Of a stretch of DNA of 64,000 nt, positions 43,584 to 53,325 are shown piece by piece. A model generated the notes under the pieces. It saw only the letters and a list, made by a program, of their open reading frames with translations, did no database searches and had not been told where the DNA came from. The position numbers and the translations under genes were made by a program. The DNA comes from Actinomycetota bacterium (GTDB lineage Bacteria > Actinomycetota > UBA4738 > CALAEC01): the NCBI GenBank assembly GCA_052039025.1, contig JBQGDK010000144.1, positions 1,069-65,068 on the forward strand, given 5' to 3'. The first letter of the stretch is position 1. Every line of letters begins with the position of its first letter.

Positions 43584-44348
43584 TCATCCCTGCGGGAACG
43601 CCGGCCCGAGGAGCTCCCCGGCGTCGCTGACGACCACGTCCGCGCCTCGGGCCAGAAGCTCCTCGGCGCGGCCGACGCGGTCGACGCCAACCACCAGCTT
43701 GAACCCACCGCGGCGCCCGGCCTCCACTCCCGCCAGCGCATCTTCCACCACGGCGGTGTCAGAGGGATCCACACCGAGTCGGCGGGCCGCCTCCAGGAAG
43801 ATGGCCGGGTTCGGCTTGCCCTTCAGGCCCAGCCGCTCGGATTCCACCCCGTCCACCCGGACATCGAACAGGTCGGAGATGGCGGCGGCCTCCAGCACCT
43901 CAGTCATGTGGCGGCTGGCTGAGATGATCGCCACGCCGACCCCGGTCGCACGGAGGGACCGCACCAGCTCGACGGTCCCCGTGTGGACCCGCACCCCCTC
44001 CTCCCTGATGCGCGCCAGGAAGTACCGATCCTTGCGATTCCCGAGACCTCGCACGGTCTCCTGGTCCGGCGGGTCCCCGAGATCCCCTTCTGGCAAGACG
44101 ATCCCCCTGGAGCGGAGGAAGTCCCGCACCCCGTCATACCGAGGCTTTCCATCCACGTACCTTCGGTAGTCGTTGTCGATGTCGAACGATCCGAGGTTCT
44201 TCCCGGTCCACTCGCCCCGCTGTTCCAGGTACGAGTCGAAGAGGCGCTTCCATGCCGAAGCGTGGACCGACGCGGTGTCGGTGACCACACCGTCCATGTC
44301 GAAGATGACGGCCTTCAGGTCGTCGACGGCCCCGATGTTCCGGCTCAT
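43584..44348 (-). CDS. beta-phosphoglucomutase family HAD hydrolase
   Basis: VIFDMDGVVTDT (DxDG), ...GKPNP...; paired with the GH65 phosphorylase. Confidence 0.75.
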   Translation of the reverse strand: MSRNIGAVDDLKAVIFDMDGVVTDTASVHASAWKRLFDSYLEQRGEWTGKNLGSFDIDNDYRRYVDGKPRYDGVRDFLRSRGIVLPEGDLGDPPDQETVRGLGNRKDRYFLARIREEGVRVHTGTVELVRSLRATGVGVAIISASRHMTEVLEAAAISDLFDVRVDGVESERLGLKGKPNPAIFLEAARRLGVDPSDTAVVEDALAGVEAGRRGGFKLVVGVDRVGRAEELLARGADVVVSDAGELLGPAFPQG

Positions 44349-44974
44349 GTGCCCTCCCCCGCAGCGGGGGCGCCATCCACGAGGATCAGGACAGGACAGG
44401 GGGCTCCCGGAGCAGCCGACCTGATGAGGGCAGCCCGGCCCGGGCCCGCTTCTCCCCTCCAGGTCATGATGATCAGGTCCGCGGGGAGACGCCGGGCCGC
44501 CTCCAGGATCGACTCCAGGGGCGCCCCGGTGGCCACCTCCAGGTCAAGGTCGACCCCCTCGGAGCACCGGCAGAACCGTCGGAGGAACTCTGCCCGCCAC
44601 TCTGCCCAGTCGTACCCGTGGTCGACGATCCTGGGGGCCGGCAAGCTGCCCTTCTCCGGCGGCGCATACAGAGCCGTCACGTGCAGCACCGTGATGGCGG
44701 CCCCGGTGGCCGCGGCCACTCCGTCGGCCACCCGCATGCCTCCGGCGACCCGGGGACTTCCCTCGTGGGGGACGAGGATCCGCCGGATCACACCGGGCAC
44801 GCGAACGCGAGCCGGGACGAACAGGACCGAGCGACCTTTCTTCGCTGTCCCCAGAGCGGCGTCGATGTCTTCACCCTCCAGGAGGGCCTCTCGGTCGATC
44901 TCCCATCCGGCGGACGCGACCACGCCTCGCACCCTCTTGGCCGCCGTCCCCGGGACCACGGCGATCGGCCTCAC
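44345..44974 (-). CDS. universal stress protein family protein
   Basis: IRRILVPHEGSP...VLILVDGAP-type UspA fold; GTG 44974 overlaps the GH65 stop (GTGA); the N-terminal extent is uncertain. Confidence 0.55.
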   Translation of the reverse strand: MRPIAVVPGTAAKRVRGVVASAGWEIDREALLEGEDIDAALGTAKKGRSVLFVPARVRVPGVIRRILVPHEGSPRVAGGMRVADGVAAATGAAITVLHVTALYAPPEKGSLPAPRIVDHGYDWAEWRAEFLRRFCRCSEGVDLDLEVATGAPLESILEAARRLPADLIIMTWRGEAGPGRAALIRSAAPGAPCPVLILVDGAPAAGEGT

Positions 44975-47433
44975 GAGGGCCGGACCTCCTCGAGACTCGA
45001 CCAGCCACGACGGGCCTTCCTGGCCAGGTGGCGACCGATGTTCAGCCGCCGGGGAGCGTTGGCGCCTATGGCCACGGGCGTGGGCCGGTCCACGGTCACG
45101 GTGACGGTTCGTGCCTCGACGTCCACACGGACTCGGCTCCCCCTCCAGCGGAGCGGGAAGGCGAGACGGGTCCAGGTCCGCGGCGGACGTGGGTCGATCC
45201 GCAGCGCGTCGCCGTCGGCACGGAGACCGCCGAAGCCCAGCACCGCCGCCTGCCACAGCCCGCCCATCGCGGCCATGTGGATCCCATGGGCCGCGTTGCC
45301 CATCCGGTTCCCTAGGTCGATGGCCGCTGCCATCTCGAAGTATCGGAGAGCGTCCGCGGGTCGGCCCACCCTGGCGGCCACGGCCGCGTGGATCGCCGGA
45401 GAGAGCGAGCTCCCATGCGACGTCCTGGGCTCGTAGTATCGGTAGTTGGCCCGGACCGCGCCGGCGGGTACCACCTCGGGCACCATGTGCAGCACCATGG
45501 CCACGTCGGCCTGCTTGACGACCTGGGAACGCCCAAGCCGGTCCCGCCCCATGACGAGCTCGGCGACGAAGGGGCGGGGGCCGAGGTCGGCCGCCCTGAC
45601 GTCCTCCAGATCGAAGAACCCGGCGAACTGCTCGTAGAGCCCGGTCCCCGGATCGAACCCGTCGACCAGGCCACCCGCTACCGTGCGCCATCGCCGGAGC
45701 TCCGAGTCCTCCAGGGCCATGCGCCGTCGAAGGGCGCGCCAGGACCGCCGGTCGAGCACCGGTAGCACCTCGGCAACCTCGAGAGCTCGCTCAAGGTTCC
45801 ACCGGGCCATGATGTTCGTGAATGCGTTGTCCCGAACCCCCTGGTGGTACTCGTCGGGCCCCATCACCCGAGCGATGTGGTGGCGGCCATCCCGGCCCCG
45901 ACGAGCCCGGGAGGCCCAGAACCTCGCCGTCTCGAGGACGATCTCCGCCCCGATGTCGGCTAGGAACGCCTCGTCTCCGGTGGCTTCCCAGTGCCGCCAG
46001 GAGGCCCACGCCACGTCGGCCGAGATGTGGTGCTCCTGCTGACTGGTGAGGATGGGGATCCGGGTCCCGTCCGGCCCTACCTCGTGGCCCGGGGTGGTCT
46101 CCTCGCCGGTATCGGCACACTCCCAGGCGAAGAGCGCCCCCCGGTAGCCGAAAGCTGCGGCCCTGGCCCGGGCCGCTGGGAGCGTCCGGTGCCGGTGGGC
46201 CAGCAGCGTCCGGGCGGTCTCGGGGTGCGTATAGGTGAAGAAGGGCACCATGAACACCTCCGTGTCCCAGAAGAGGTGGCCTCGATATCCATCACCGGTG
46301 AGGCCCCGGGCCCCGATCGAGGCCAGGTCGGACTCCGGGTCTCCCGCCGACATGAGGTGGTAGAGGGCGAAGCGGAGCGCCCGCTGGGCCTCGGGATCTC
46401 CATCCACGACGACGTCCGAGTCACGCCACCGCTCCCGCCAGGCCGCCGTGTGCCGGGCTCGGACCCGCGGCAGGCCATCTCGCTCGGCCCACTCGAGGGC
46501 GTCGACGGCGTCGCGCCCCACGGGATCGCCCCCTCGGCTCACCGCGGCGATACGACGGAGCCTCCCGTCCCGCTCCAGGGTGGAGATCGCAAAGGAGGCC
46601 CTCCTTCCGCCCCGGGCTTGGAACGACATCACCAAGCGCCCCCCTTCCCGTCCGGCTTTCACGGACTCCACCGGCCCGAGATCCGGCGGTGGGACTCCGT
46701 CGCCGAGGCGAACCGCGGGACCGGCCGAGCGAGCTTCTGCCTCCAGAGCCAGGACCTCCCGATCGGCCATCGAGGCGAACCGGGCGGAGCGGAAGCCAAC
46801 CTCGACCCCCGACGGGAGGCGATGGCGCCAGATCCGGAAGAGGATCGCCTGTTGCAGGTCCAGGATCCGGCGGTGCTCCAGGAGTTCTCCGCGGTCGAGA
46901 TCGATCGCCTCCGCTCCGGCGCGGGGGGCCAATCGCGTCCACCGCGGTCCCGTGACCAGCTCGGGGCCCGGGGGGTCCCCACCATCGGGCCATCCGTACA
47001 GCGCCGCGACGTACGTGGCCGCAGATGACTCCTCGCTCTCCTCCTCGAGAGAGCCACGGGTCCCCGACCTCCCGTTCGCCACCGTGAACCATGACTCCAT
47101 CTCTCGCTCGCGCAGTGGGTCGAACCCTTCGATCTCGATGCGCCACAGAGGATCGTCGACGAGAGCCGCGAACGCCTCCTGTCGCTCATCCACGTCCCCG
47201 GTGGCCCCCTCGATCGTGGCGATCCGTACCGGCGATCCGGTCCGGCACAACCGTACGTCGTCGTGGGGAGAGCCGCCCTCCGGACGACAGGCCGCGCCTT
47301 CCCCCGGTCGGGTCAATCGTGGTCCGAGGGAGCCGCTCGACGGTTCCCCGACAGTCACGGCCCGGCCGGCCGCGGCTGATCCAGGCCTCAAACGCAACCG
47401 CCACGGAAGCAGCCCGGCAACCCCACCGGCCAC
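44971..47433 (-). CDS. glycoside hydrolase family 65 disaccharide phosphorylase (maltose/trehalose/kojibiose phosphorylase-like)
   Basis: GH65 central catalytic domain motifs (GYRGHLFWDTEVFMVPFF, HISADVAWA); the true start is uncertain (the track start at 47433 is GTG). Confidence 0.8.
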   Translation of the reverse strand: MAGGVAGLLPWRLRLRPGSAAAGRAVTVGEPSSGSLGPRLTRPGEGAACRPEGGSPHDDVRLCRTGSPVRIATIEGATGDVDERQEAFAALVDDPLWRIEIEGFDPLREREMESWFTVANGRSGTRGSLEEESEESSAATYVAALYGWPDGGDPPGPELVTGPRWTRLAPRAGAEAIDLDRGELLEHRRILDLQQAILFRIWRHRLPSGVEVGFRSARFASMADREVLALEAEARSAGPAVRLGDGVPPPDLGPVESVKAGREGGRLVMSFQARGGRRASFAISTLERDGRLRRIAAVSRGGDPVGRDAVDALEWAERDGLPRVRARHTAAWRERWRDSDVVVDGDPEAQRALRFALYHLMSAGDPESDLASIGARGLTGDGYRGHLFWDTEVFMVPFFTYTHPETARTLLAHRHRTLPAARARAAAFGYRGALFAWECADTGEETTPGHEVGPDGTRIPILTSQQEHHISADVAWASWRHWEATGDEAFLADIGAEIVLETARFWASRARRGRDGRHHIARVMGPDEYHQGVRDNAFTNIMARWNLERALEVAEVLPVLDRRSWRALRRRMALEDSELRRWRTVAGGLVDGFDPGTGLYEQFAGFFDLEDVRAADLGPRPFVAELVMGRDRLGRSQVVKQADVAMVLHMVPEVVPAGAVRANYRYYEPRTSHGSSLSPAIHAAVAARVGRPADALRYFEMAAAIDLGNRMGNAAHGIHMAAMGGLWQAAVLGFGGLRADGDALRIDPRPPRTWTRLAFPLRWRGSRVRVDVEARTVTVTVDRPTPVAIGANAPRRLNIGRHLARKARRGWSSLEEVRPS

Positions 47434-47445
47434 GACCCCAGCACG

Positions 47446-47664
47446 CTAGGTTCGGGCCGATTCCAGCGCCCGGCCGCGGGCCTGGAACTCTTCCCCGGAG
47501 ATCTCCCCACGCGCGAACCGCTCGGCCAGGATGTCGCGAGGGTCGCGGGGACGGCGCCCTGCCTCTCCCCAACTCCGTACTACCAGAACGATGAGGACGA
47601 TCACGGCCGTCCAGAACACGGCCATGGCGAGGAAGCCCCACACGTTGTGGCCCCACGCCATCAT
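47446..47664 (-). CDS. SHOCT-domain membrane protein
   Basis: N-terminal TM FLAMAVFWTAVIVLIVLVV, then ILAERFARGEISGEEFQARGRAL (SHOCT). Confidence 0.6.
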   Translation of the reverse strand: MMAWGHNVWGFLAMAVFWTAVIVLIVLVVRSWGEAGRRPRDPRDILAERFARGEISGEEFQARGRALESART

Positions 47665-47668
47665 CGCC

Positions 47669-48067
47669 TCACTCCTCCATCATCCCGGGATCCATCATCC
47701 CGCCTGAGTCGGCGTCTCCCACGCCGGCGGAGCCGTGGTGCCCGGCCATGCCGGAGCCCGCGGAGACGGAGCCCATCATCGACCCCATGCCCCGGTGCAT
47801 CGCTCCCATCTCCTCCATCATCGTGCCCATCTGCTCGTGCATCTGCTCGCACCGCTCGCGAAGCTCCGCCGGCATCTGCTCGTGCATCCGCTGCATGGCC
47901 GGCGACTCGTGCATCTGCGCTATTGCGTTGAGGCCAGGCATCTCCGCCGACGCCCCTCCGGCTCGCATCGCGTCGTGCATGCGCTCCCCCGCCACCGCGA
48001 ATCCGGCGCCGAGCGCCACCACGGCGGCGGCGGTGACTCCCAGCACCATCCACCGAATCCTCATCAT
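47669..48067 (-). CDS. Met/His-rich secreted protein (putative periplasmic copper-binding)
   Basis: Signal peptide MMRIRWMVLGVTAAAVVALGAGFAVAG, then repeated MxxM/MHE motifs (MHESPAMQRMHEQMPAE...MHEQMGTMMEEMGAMHRGMGSMMGS). Confidence 0.55.
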   Translation of the reverse strand: MMRIRWMVLGVTAAAVVALGAGFAVAGERMHDAMRAGGASAEMPGLNAIAQMHESPAMQRMHEQMPAELRERCEQMHEQMGTMMEEMGAMHRGMGSMMGSVSAGSGMAGHHGSAGVGDADSGGMMDPGMMEE

Positions 48068-48089
48068 CTCGTCTCCTTTCTTCCGTCAC

Positions 48090-48610
48090 GGTAGCTGCGA
48101 CGTGTGAAGAGGGCGTGAACGTCGGATGGCTGCGGGATGCGTTCGGACCGTCCTCGATGCGATCCTCCGGCTCGAGCAGCTCGAGCTCGTCAACCGGTCC
48201 CAGCGCCTGCCAAGGGCGACCGGGCAGCAGGACGGTGGAGGCCCCCGCCACCGCCACCACGTTCCCACCGGCGTCCGAGACCTCGGCGGCCGTGACCGCG
48301 ACGGTCTTCCCTCGGTGGACGACGCGGGCGGCGACCAGCAGCTCACGGCCGTCGGGGGGTGACCGGCCGGAGGAAGTTCACCTTGAGATCGAGGGTCGCC
48401 CACGACATCCCCGGTGGGGCGGTCGTCTGCACCGCGCCGTTCATCCCGTAGTCGGCGAAGAGCGCGAGGGCGCAGCCATAGAACCCACCACCCATCGTGC
48501 CACGGTGTGGCGGGCATGGCCAGGGTGCATCGACCCTCGGCGGCGTCCTTTGACCGAGCACCCGAGGAAGCTCGACAGCGGCGTCGTCGGACGCTCCCCG
48601 CGCTGCCAGC
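48090..48610 (-). pseudogene. PaaI/hotdog-fold thioesterase, frameshifted (three frames)
   Basis: MTGLDILRGWQRGERP (frame 1), GGFYGCALALFADYGMNGAVQTTAPPGMSWATLDLKVNFLRPVTP (frame 2), DGRELLVAARVVHRGKTVAVTAAEVSDAGGNVVAVAGASTVLLPGRPW (frame 3). Confidence 0.5.
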
Positions 48611-48631
48611 CACGCAGGATGTCCAATCCCG

Positions 48632-49234
48632 TCATCCGGTCCCAGACCTCCTGGGGCAGGTTCTCCCCATCCGTGGGGCGCCGGAAGGGATGCGGTCCCT
48701 CGTGCTCCGGCCAGTCGATCGCCTCCTCCGGCTGCGGATCGGGGGCGGATCCGGGAGCCGCCGCACGATGCACCTCGAGGTGGCCCGGGCCAGCAGCCGC
48801 CCCGCGCCGTCCTCGATCGATGCCTCGGTGAGCCCCTGGGCGGACCCGGCTCGTAGCAGGGACCCGCGGGCGACGATCGCCTGAGCATCTGCGGCGGGCG
48901 GCTCCAGGAAGTCCATGGCCAGCTCCGCGGTGGCCAGGAAGACGTTGGGCGGGAACGTGGGGTGCAGCGCTCCACCCAGGGCGGCGTCGGCGGCGAACAC
49001 GACCGCGCCGCCGGTGACCACGCCGGCTCCCGACCGGAGCCAGGACGTGACCGGAAGGCGGAACGTGGCCGTCCCCGGGGCCGCCTCGACGAGGTCGAGG
49101 CCACTCAGGTACCAGAGCGGCCCGTACGGGACCTGCTTCCGGGTGAACCGCCGCAACTGCTCCAGCCCGGGAGGCCAAGCAGCCCGGGATGCTCGAGGTA
49201 GGCAAGCCGACCCCGGGGAGCCTCCCGGTGCAAC
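48632..49234 (-). CDS. PaaI/hotdog-fold thioesterase (second copy; ends uncertain)
   Basis: GAGVVTGGAVVFAADAALGGALHPT...FLATAELAMDFLEP...GRLLARATSRCIV; no canonical start found and a C-terminal read-through, so it may also be damaged. Confidence 0.4.
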   Translation of the reverse strand, partial: VAPGGSPGSACLPRASRAAWPPGLEQLRRFTRKQVPYGPLWYLSGLDLVEAAPGTATFRLPVTSWLRSGAGVVTGGAVVFAADAALGGALHPTFPPNVFLATAELAMDFLEPPAADAQAIVARGSLLRAGSAQGLTEASIEDGAGRLLARATSRCIVRRLPDPPPIRSRRRRSTGRSTRDRIPSGAPRMGRTCPRRSGTG

Positions 49235-49250
49235 GTGGACGTGGACCCGC

Positions 49251-49856
49251 TCACGGGAGCGCCCGTCTGACCTCGGACAACAGACCGTCCGGGGAGACGA
49301 ACATGGATGGATAGTCGCCCCGCCAGCGGATGATCCCCTCCCCGTCGACAAGGATGAAGCTGTGCCCGGGAAGGTCGGCGTGGTGACCGGTTCCGAGCAC
49401 CCCGTAGGCAGCCGAGGTCCGCTTGGTCGCATCCGACAGGAAGGGCGTTCGGATCCCGAAGCGAGCGGCCTCCGAGGCCACCATCTCCGGAGGATTGGTG
49501 ACCACCGGAAGCACGGTCACGCCCACCCTTTCCAGGTGGTCGTCGTGCGCTTCGAGCTGAACCATCTGCGTGAAGCAGGAGTCACACCCGACGCCCTCGT
49601 TGAAGTACAGGAGGACGTTCCGTCCGCGATATCCCTCGAGGCTCTTGACGGTCCCGTCCGTCGCCGGGAGGGCGAACCTCGGAGCGACCTCCGATACGCG
49701 CTGGCCTGGCGCGGGTCGTTCCGCCCCAGCCATCCACATCAGCCCGATCAACGCGACGACGGCGCCAGTGCTGACCAGGGTCCCGGCGTGGCGGCGGATG
49801 AGCGATGGCTCAGCCGACCGGCGTCGCCGAAGGGCTCGGCTCTTCTTCGCTCGCAT
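49251..49856 (-). CDS. TlpA-like thiol:disulfide oxidoreductase (redoxin family), membrane-anchored
   Basis: TM anchor, then GCDSC (CxxC) in an AhpC/TSA-like fold; ATG 49856. Confidence 0.7.
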   Translation of the reverse strand: MRAKKSRALRRRRSAEPSLIRRHAGTLVSTGAVVALIGLMWMAGAERPAPGQRVSEVAPRFALPATDGTVKSLEGYRGRNVLLYFNEGVGCDSCFTQMVQLEAHDDHLERVGVTVLPVVTNPPEMVASEAARFGIRTPFLSDATKRTSAAYGVLGTGHHADLPGHSFILVDGEGIIRWRGDYPSMFVSPDGLLSEVRRALP

Positions 49857-50733
49857 GTCGAACCTCCTTCGTGGCCGGAGCGCTCCGACGCGACCACCGC
49901 CGGCCGATCCTCCAGATGACGACGGCGATGGCCAGCACCAGGAGACCGAGCACCGGCTCGGGGACGGACCGGGTGGCCCGAACGATCCCCCCGAAGATGC
50001 CCGAGAGGAACCGTCCGATCCCAAGCTGCGATCCGGGGGCCGCCATCGGGTTCCCGGACAGGGCCAGCCAGATCACCGCCGCGCCCATCGCCAGGAACAC
50101 CACCCCCGCGATGGCGTTCGTCGTGGTGGTGTGCAGGCGCCGACTCCCGAGCCACACCGTGAGAGGACGCCCCACGATGGGCCGTCGCTCTCCCAGCCGC
50201 AGCCGGTCCCACAAGAGCGCCAGGAGGAACAGCGGGAACACCATCCCGAAGACGTAGGCCAGCCCGAGCGCCACCGAGCCCGGCAGCGACCCGGCCAGCG
50301 CCGACAGCGTCATCACGCCGGCCAGGACCGGAGCGCAGCACGAGGACGCGACCCCGGAGAAGACCCCGAGGGCGAAGACTCCCGGAGCGTCGCCTCGGTC
50401 GAGCCGCGGGCTCCGCATGGGGATCCGCCACGAGCGGCCCCCCACGGCCAGCACGCCGAGCCCGATCATCATCGCCCCGCCGACCAGGTAGAGGGGCGTG
50501 TGGTACCGGGCCAGGGTCTCGGCGAGCAGACCCATCCCGAGCGTCAGCGGCAGGATCACCACGGCGAGGCCCGCCGCGAACACCACCGTGAGGGGGAACA
50601 GCGCCCATCTCCTGTCCTTCACCGCGGAGGCCAGATAGGCGGGGAACAGGAACACGATGCAACACGGGCTGAACAGCGCCACGGATCCGGCGAAGAACGC
50701 CGCCAGGATCGACCCGCCCAGGACGAGGGTCAC
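49810..50733 (-). CDS. ccdA: cytochrome c biogenesis protein CcdA (DsbD-like thiol-disulfide transporter)
   Basis: Polytopic, with two Cys-containing TMs (FSPCCIVF and ASSCCAPV). Confidence 0.75.
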   Translation of the reverse strand: MTLVLGGSILAAFFAGSVALFSPCCIVFLFPAYLASAVKDRRWALFPLTVVFAAGLAVVILPLTLGMGLLAETLARYHTPLYLVGGAMMIGLGVLAVGGRSWRIPMRSPRLDRGDAPGVFALGVFSGVASSCCAPVLAGVMTLSALAGSLPGSVALGLAYVFGMVFPLFLLALLWDRLRLGERRPIVGRPLTVWLGSRRLHTTTTNAIAGVVFLAMGAAVIWLALSGNPMAAPGSQLGIGRFLSGIFGGIVRATRSVPEPVLGLLVLAIAVVIWRIGRRWSRRSAPATKEVRHASEEEPSPSATPVG

Positions 50734-50987
50734 GGAACGACCCTCTCGAGCGTGCGTCGCAGCTTGCTCCGCGGAAGCCGACCCGCGCTGAAGAACTCGT
50801 CATCGAGCAGCACCAGGGGCTGCATGGCCACCCGGTGAGCGGCGATCAAGGACCGTCCTTCGGCGGTGGCGGCGTCGACGGCGGTCACCTCGAGGGGGAA
50901 CTCCGTGGCGAGCTCCTCGAGCACGGCCTCGGCGTTGCGGCACAGGTGGCACCCGGGTGCGGCAACCAGCGTGATCCGATGGTTCAT
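50730..50987 (-). CDS. glutaredoxin-like small thioredoxin-fold protein
   Basis: ITLVAAPGCHLCRNAEAVLEEL (CxxC in a Grx-like fold); ATGA overlap with ccdA. Confidence 0.6.
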   Translation of the reverse strand: MNHRITLVAAPGCHLCRNAEAVLEELATEFPLEVTAVDAATAEGRSLIAAHRVAMQPLVLLDDEFFSAGRLPRSKLRRTLERVVP

Positions 50988-51002
50988 GTCCCCTCGCGGG
51001 GA

Positions 51003-52409
51003 CTATCGGTCCGCGGTGTGAAGGATCGGTGAAGAGGGCGTGGAGGCGGCCTGTGGGTCCGTGGCGGGGAGGCGCACGGCGAACTCCGAGCCGCGTCCCA
51101 CGCGGCTCCGAACCTCGATCCGCCCACCGTGGGCGGCGACGAGATCCTTCGCCACGGTGAGGCCGATCCCCGAGCCGCTCGCCCTCGCCCCCCGTCCTCG
51201 GAAGAAGCGGTCGAAGACCCGGGGGATCTCGTCCGCCGGGATGCCGGATCCCGTGTCCTCGACCCGAACCACGGCCTCCGATCCCTCGGTGGCGACGCCG
51301 AGGCGAACGACCCCACCCTGGGGTGTGAACTTGAGCGCGTTCGAGAGGAGGTTGCGGAGGACCTGCTCGAACCGCACCACGTCGACGTCCGCCTCCACCG
51401 GAGCCGGCGTGTCGATCCGGAGCTCCACACCGACCGCCTCGAACGGCCCCGCGAGCTCCACGGCGACGCCGCGCGCCAATGCCCCGAGCTCACTCCGGCG
51501 CGGGTCGAGGGTGAAGCCGGCGGCGTCGGCCGATGCCAGGGTCTCCAGATCCTCCACCAGCCTCGTCACCCGAAGGGTCTCCTCGTGCAGCGACGCCATC
51601 GCCGGAGCGTCTGCCTCCGTCACGCCATCCTGGATCGCCTCGACCTGGGAGCGCAGGATCGACAACGGGGTCCGGAGCTCGTGGGCGACCGAGGAGGCGA
51701 ACGACCGGCGGAGTCGGTCCTCCTCCGCCACCGCATCGGCCATCGAGTCGAAGGCTCGGGCCATGGTGCCGAACTCGTCTGGCCGGCCGCTGGCCAGCCT
51801 GACGTCCCGGTCACCGGAGGCCAGCGATCTCGCCGCCCGGGTCAGGGCCCGCGCGGGCGCGGTGGCCCTCCGGGCCAGGAACAGGCCCAGGGCCAGGGCC
51901 GAGAGCCCGGCCCCGATCCCCCCGAAGATCAGCAGGCGGTTAACCGAGGAGCGGAAGGCGCGGTCCTGGGCCAGGAGGCCGGGCTGGGGGAGACGGACGG
52001 CCGCGATGCCGACCACCGAGCCAGCGGACCGAACCGGGAGCCGTCGCTCGGGGCCCAGGGGACCGCTTCCCATCATCTCCCGATGCACCTCCGACATGTG
52101 GTGGGAGATGGCCTCGGAGCCGTCCCAGATCGTCCGCCCCCGCGGATCCTCGATCCGCAGGGTCCCGCCGTCCATCAGCACCAGGGACGCGAGGTCGTTG
52201 AGCTCGGCTGGGTCCCACCCGCCCCGAGCCCGGTACGAGTCGGCCAGCGTGGCCACCACTTGTCGCTGCCTGAGCTCCCGGCGATCCTCGAGGTACTCCG
52301 AGAACCTCGATCCGAAGGCGACGTTGACCAGCAGCGCGGTGAGCGCCGCGGCCAGGAACCCCACGCCGGCGAACGCGACGCCGAGTCGAAGGGCGAAGGA
52401 GCTACGCAT
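51003..52409 (-). CDS. sensor histidine kinase (2 TM, HAMP, HisKA, HATPase_c)
   Basis: H-box SVAHELRTPLSIL, N-box LLSNALKFT, G-boxes DTGSGI and GSGIGL. Confidence 0.85.
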   Translation of the reverse strand: MRSSFALRLGVAFAGVGFLAAALTALLVNVAFGSRFSEYLEDRRELRQRQVVATLADSYRARGGWDPAELNDLASLVLMDGGTLRIEDPRGRTIWDGSEAISHHMSEVHREMMGSGPLGPERRLPVRSAGSVVGIAAVRLPQPGLLAQDRAFRSSVNRLLIFGGIGAGLSALALGLFLARRATAPARALTRAARSLASGDRDVRLASGRPDEFGTMARAFDSMADAVAEEDRLRRSFASSVAHELRTPLSILRSQVEAIQDGVTEADAPAMASLHEETLRVTRLVEDLETLASADAAGFTLDPRRSELGALARGVAVELAGPFEAVGVELRIDTPAPVEADVDVVRFEQVLRNLLSNALKFTPQGGVVRLGVATEGSEAVVRVEDTGSGIPADEIPRVFDRFFRGRGARASGSGIGLTVAKDLVAAHGGRIEVRSRVGRGSEFAVRLPATDPQAASTPSSPILHTADR

Positions 52410-53100
52410 CTGCCTTCACCCCCAGCTTGTAGCCGACGCCAGTCACGGTGACGACGTACCGGGGGTGGCGGGGATCGTCGCGAAGCTTGCGACGAAGGTT
52501 CTTCACGTGGGCATCGATGGTCCGTTCGTAACCCTCGTAGTCGTAGCCCTGCACCCGCGTCACCAGCTCGTAGCGGGAGAACACGCGCCCGGGGTGCGAG
52601 GCCAGGGCAAACAGGAGGTCGTACTCGCTCCGCGTCAGGTCCACCACATCGCCTTCCCGGCTCACCTCCCGACCCTCCCGGTCGATCGTGAGGCGGCCGC
52701 CGTCGAAGGACGCGGGCGCTTCGACACGGTCCCCTCCGGCTCGGCGCAGGACGGCCTCCACCCTGGCCACCAGCTCCCGGGGGCTGAACGGCTTCACCAG
52801 GTAGTCGTCGGCGCCCAGACGCAGCCCCGCCACGCGGTCATCCTCCGAGCTCTTCGAGGTCAGCATCAGGATCGGCACGGCCGAGACCTCCCGGAGGGAC
52901 CGGGCCACCTCCTCCCCGTCCAGGTCCGGAAGCATCAGGTCCAGGACGACCAGGTCCGGTGAGGCCTTGCTCGCTGCTTCGATGGCCCGCTGCCCGGTGT
53001 CCGCCTCGAGCACCGCGTAGCCATCGCGCTCCAGATACTGCCGGACGACCTGCCGGATCTTGCGCTCGTCGTCGACCACGAGAACGGTGTGGCTACCCAC
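52402..53100 (-). CDS. OmpR-family response regulator
   Basis: Receiver VLVVDDE...DLVVLDLMLP plus winged helix; overlaps the kinase gene. Confidence 0.85.
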   Translation of the reverse strand: MGSHTVLVVDDERKIRQVVRQYLERDGYAVLEADTGQRAIEAASKASPDLVVLDLMLPDLDGEEVARSLREVSAVPILMLTSKSSEDDRVAGLRLGADDYLVKPFSPRELVARVEAVLRRAGGDRVEAPASFDGGRLTIDREGREVSREGDVVDLTRSEYDLLFALASHPGRVFSRYELVTRVQGYDYEGYERTIDAHVKNLRRKLRDDPRHPRYVVTVTGVGYKLGVKADA

Positions 53101-53325
53101 GTCGGCTTCCTCCCTCCCGCCGACGGCTCACCCCGACCACGAAGACGATCCGGCCGGCCACGACGAGCGCCACCGCCAACCCGACGAGGGACACCGCCAG
53201 CAGCACGGCGCCGCCCGCACCCCCGCCGTCGCCGAGCCTACGGACACTGGCCACGGTCCCCCCAGGAGGAACATCGCCCCGGCCACCGCCGCCCAGAAGA
53301 CGACAACGGTCATCCGCTGCACCGC

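Noticed and set aside
44971-47433. A precise start codon for the GH65 phosphorylase
   Set aside because: The track start is GTG at 47433 with ~70 aa of unconvincing leader and no clear RBS. An internal start could not be fixed by eye, so the full ORF is reported.
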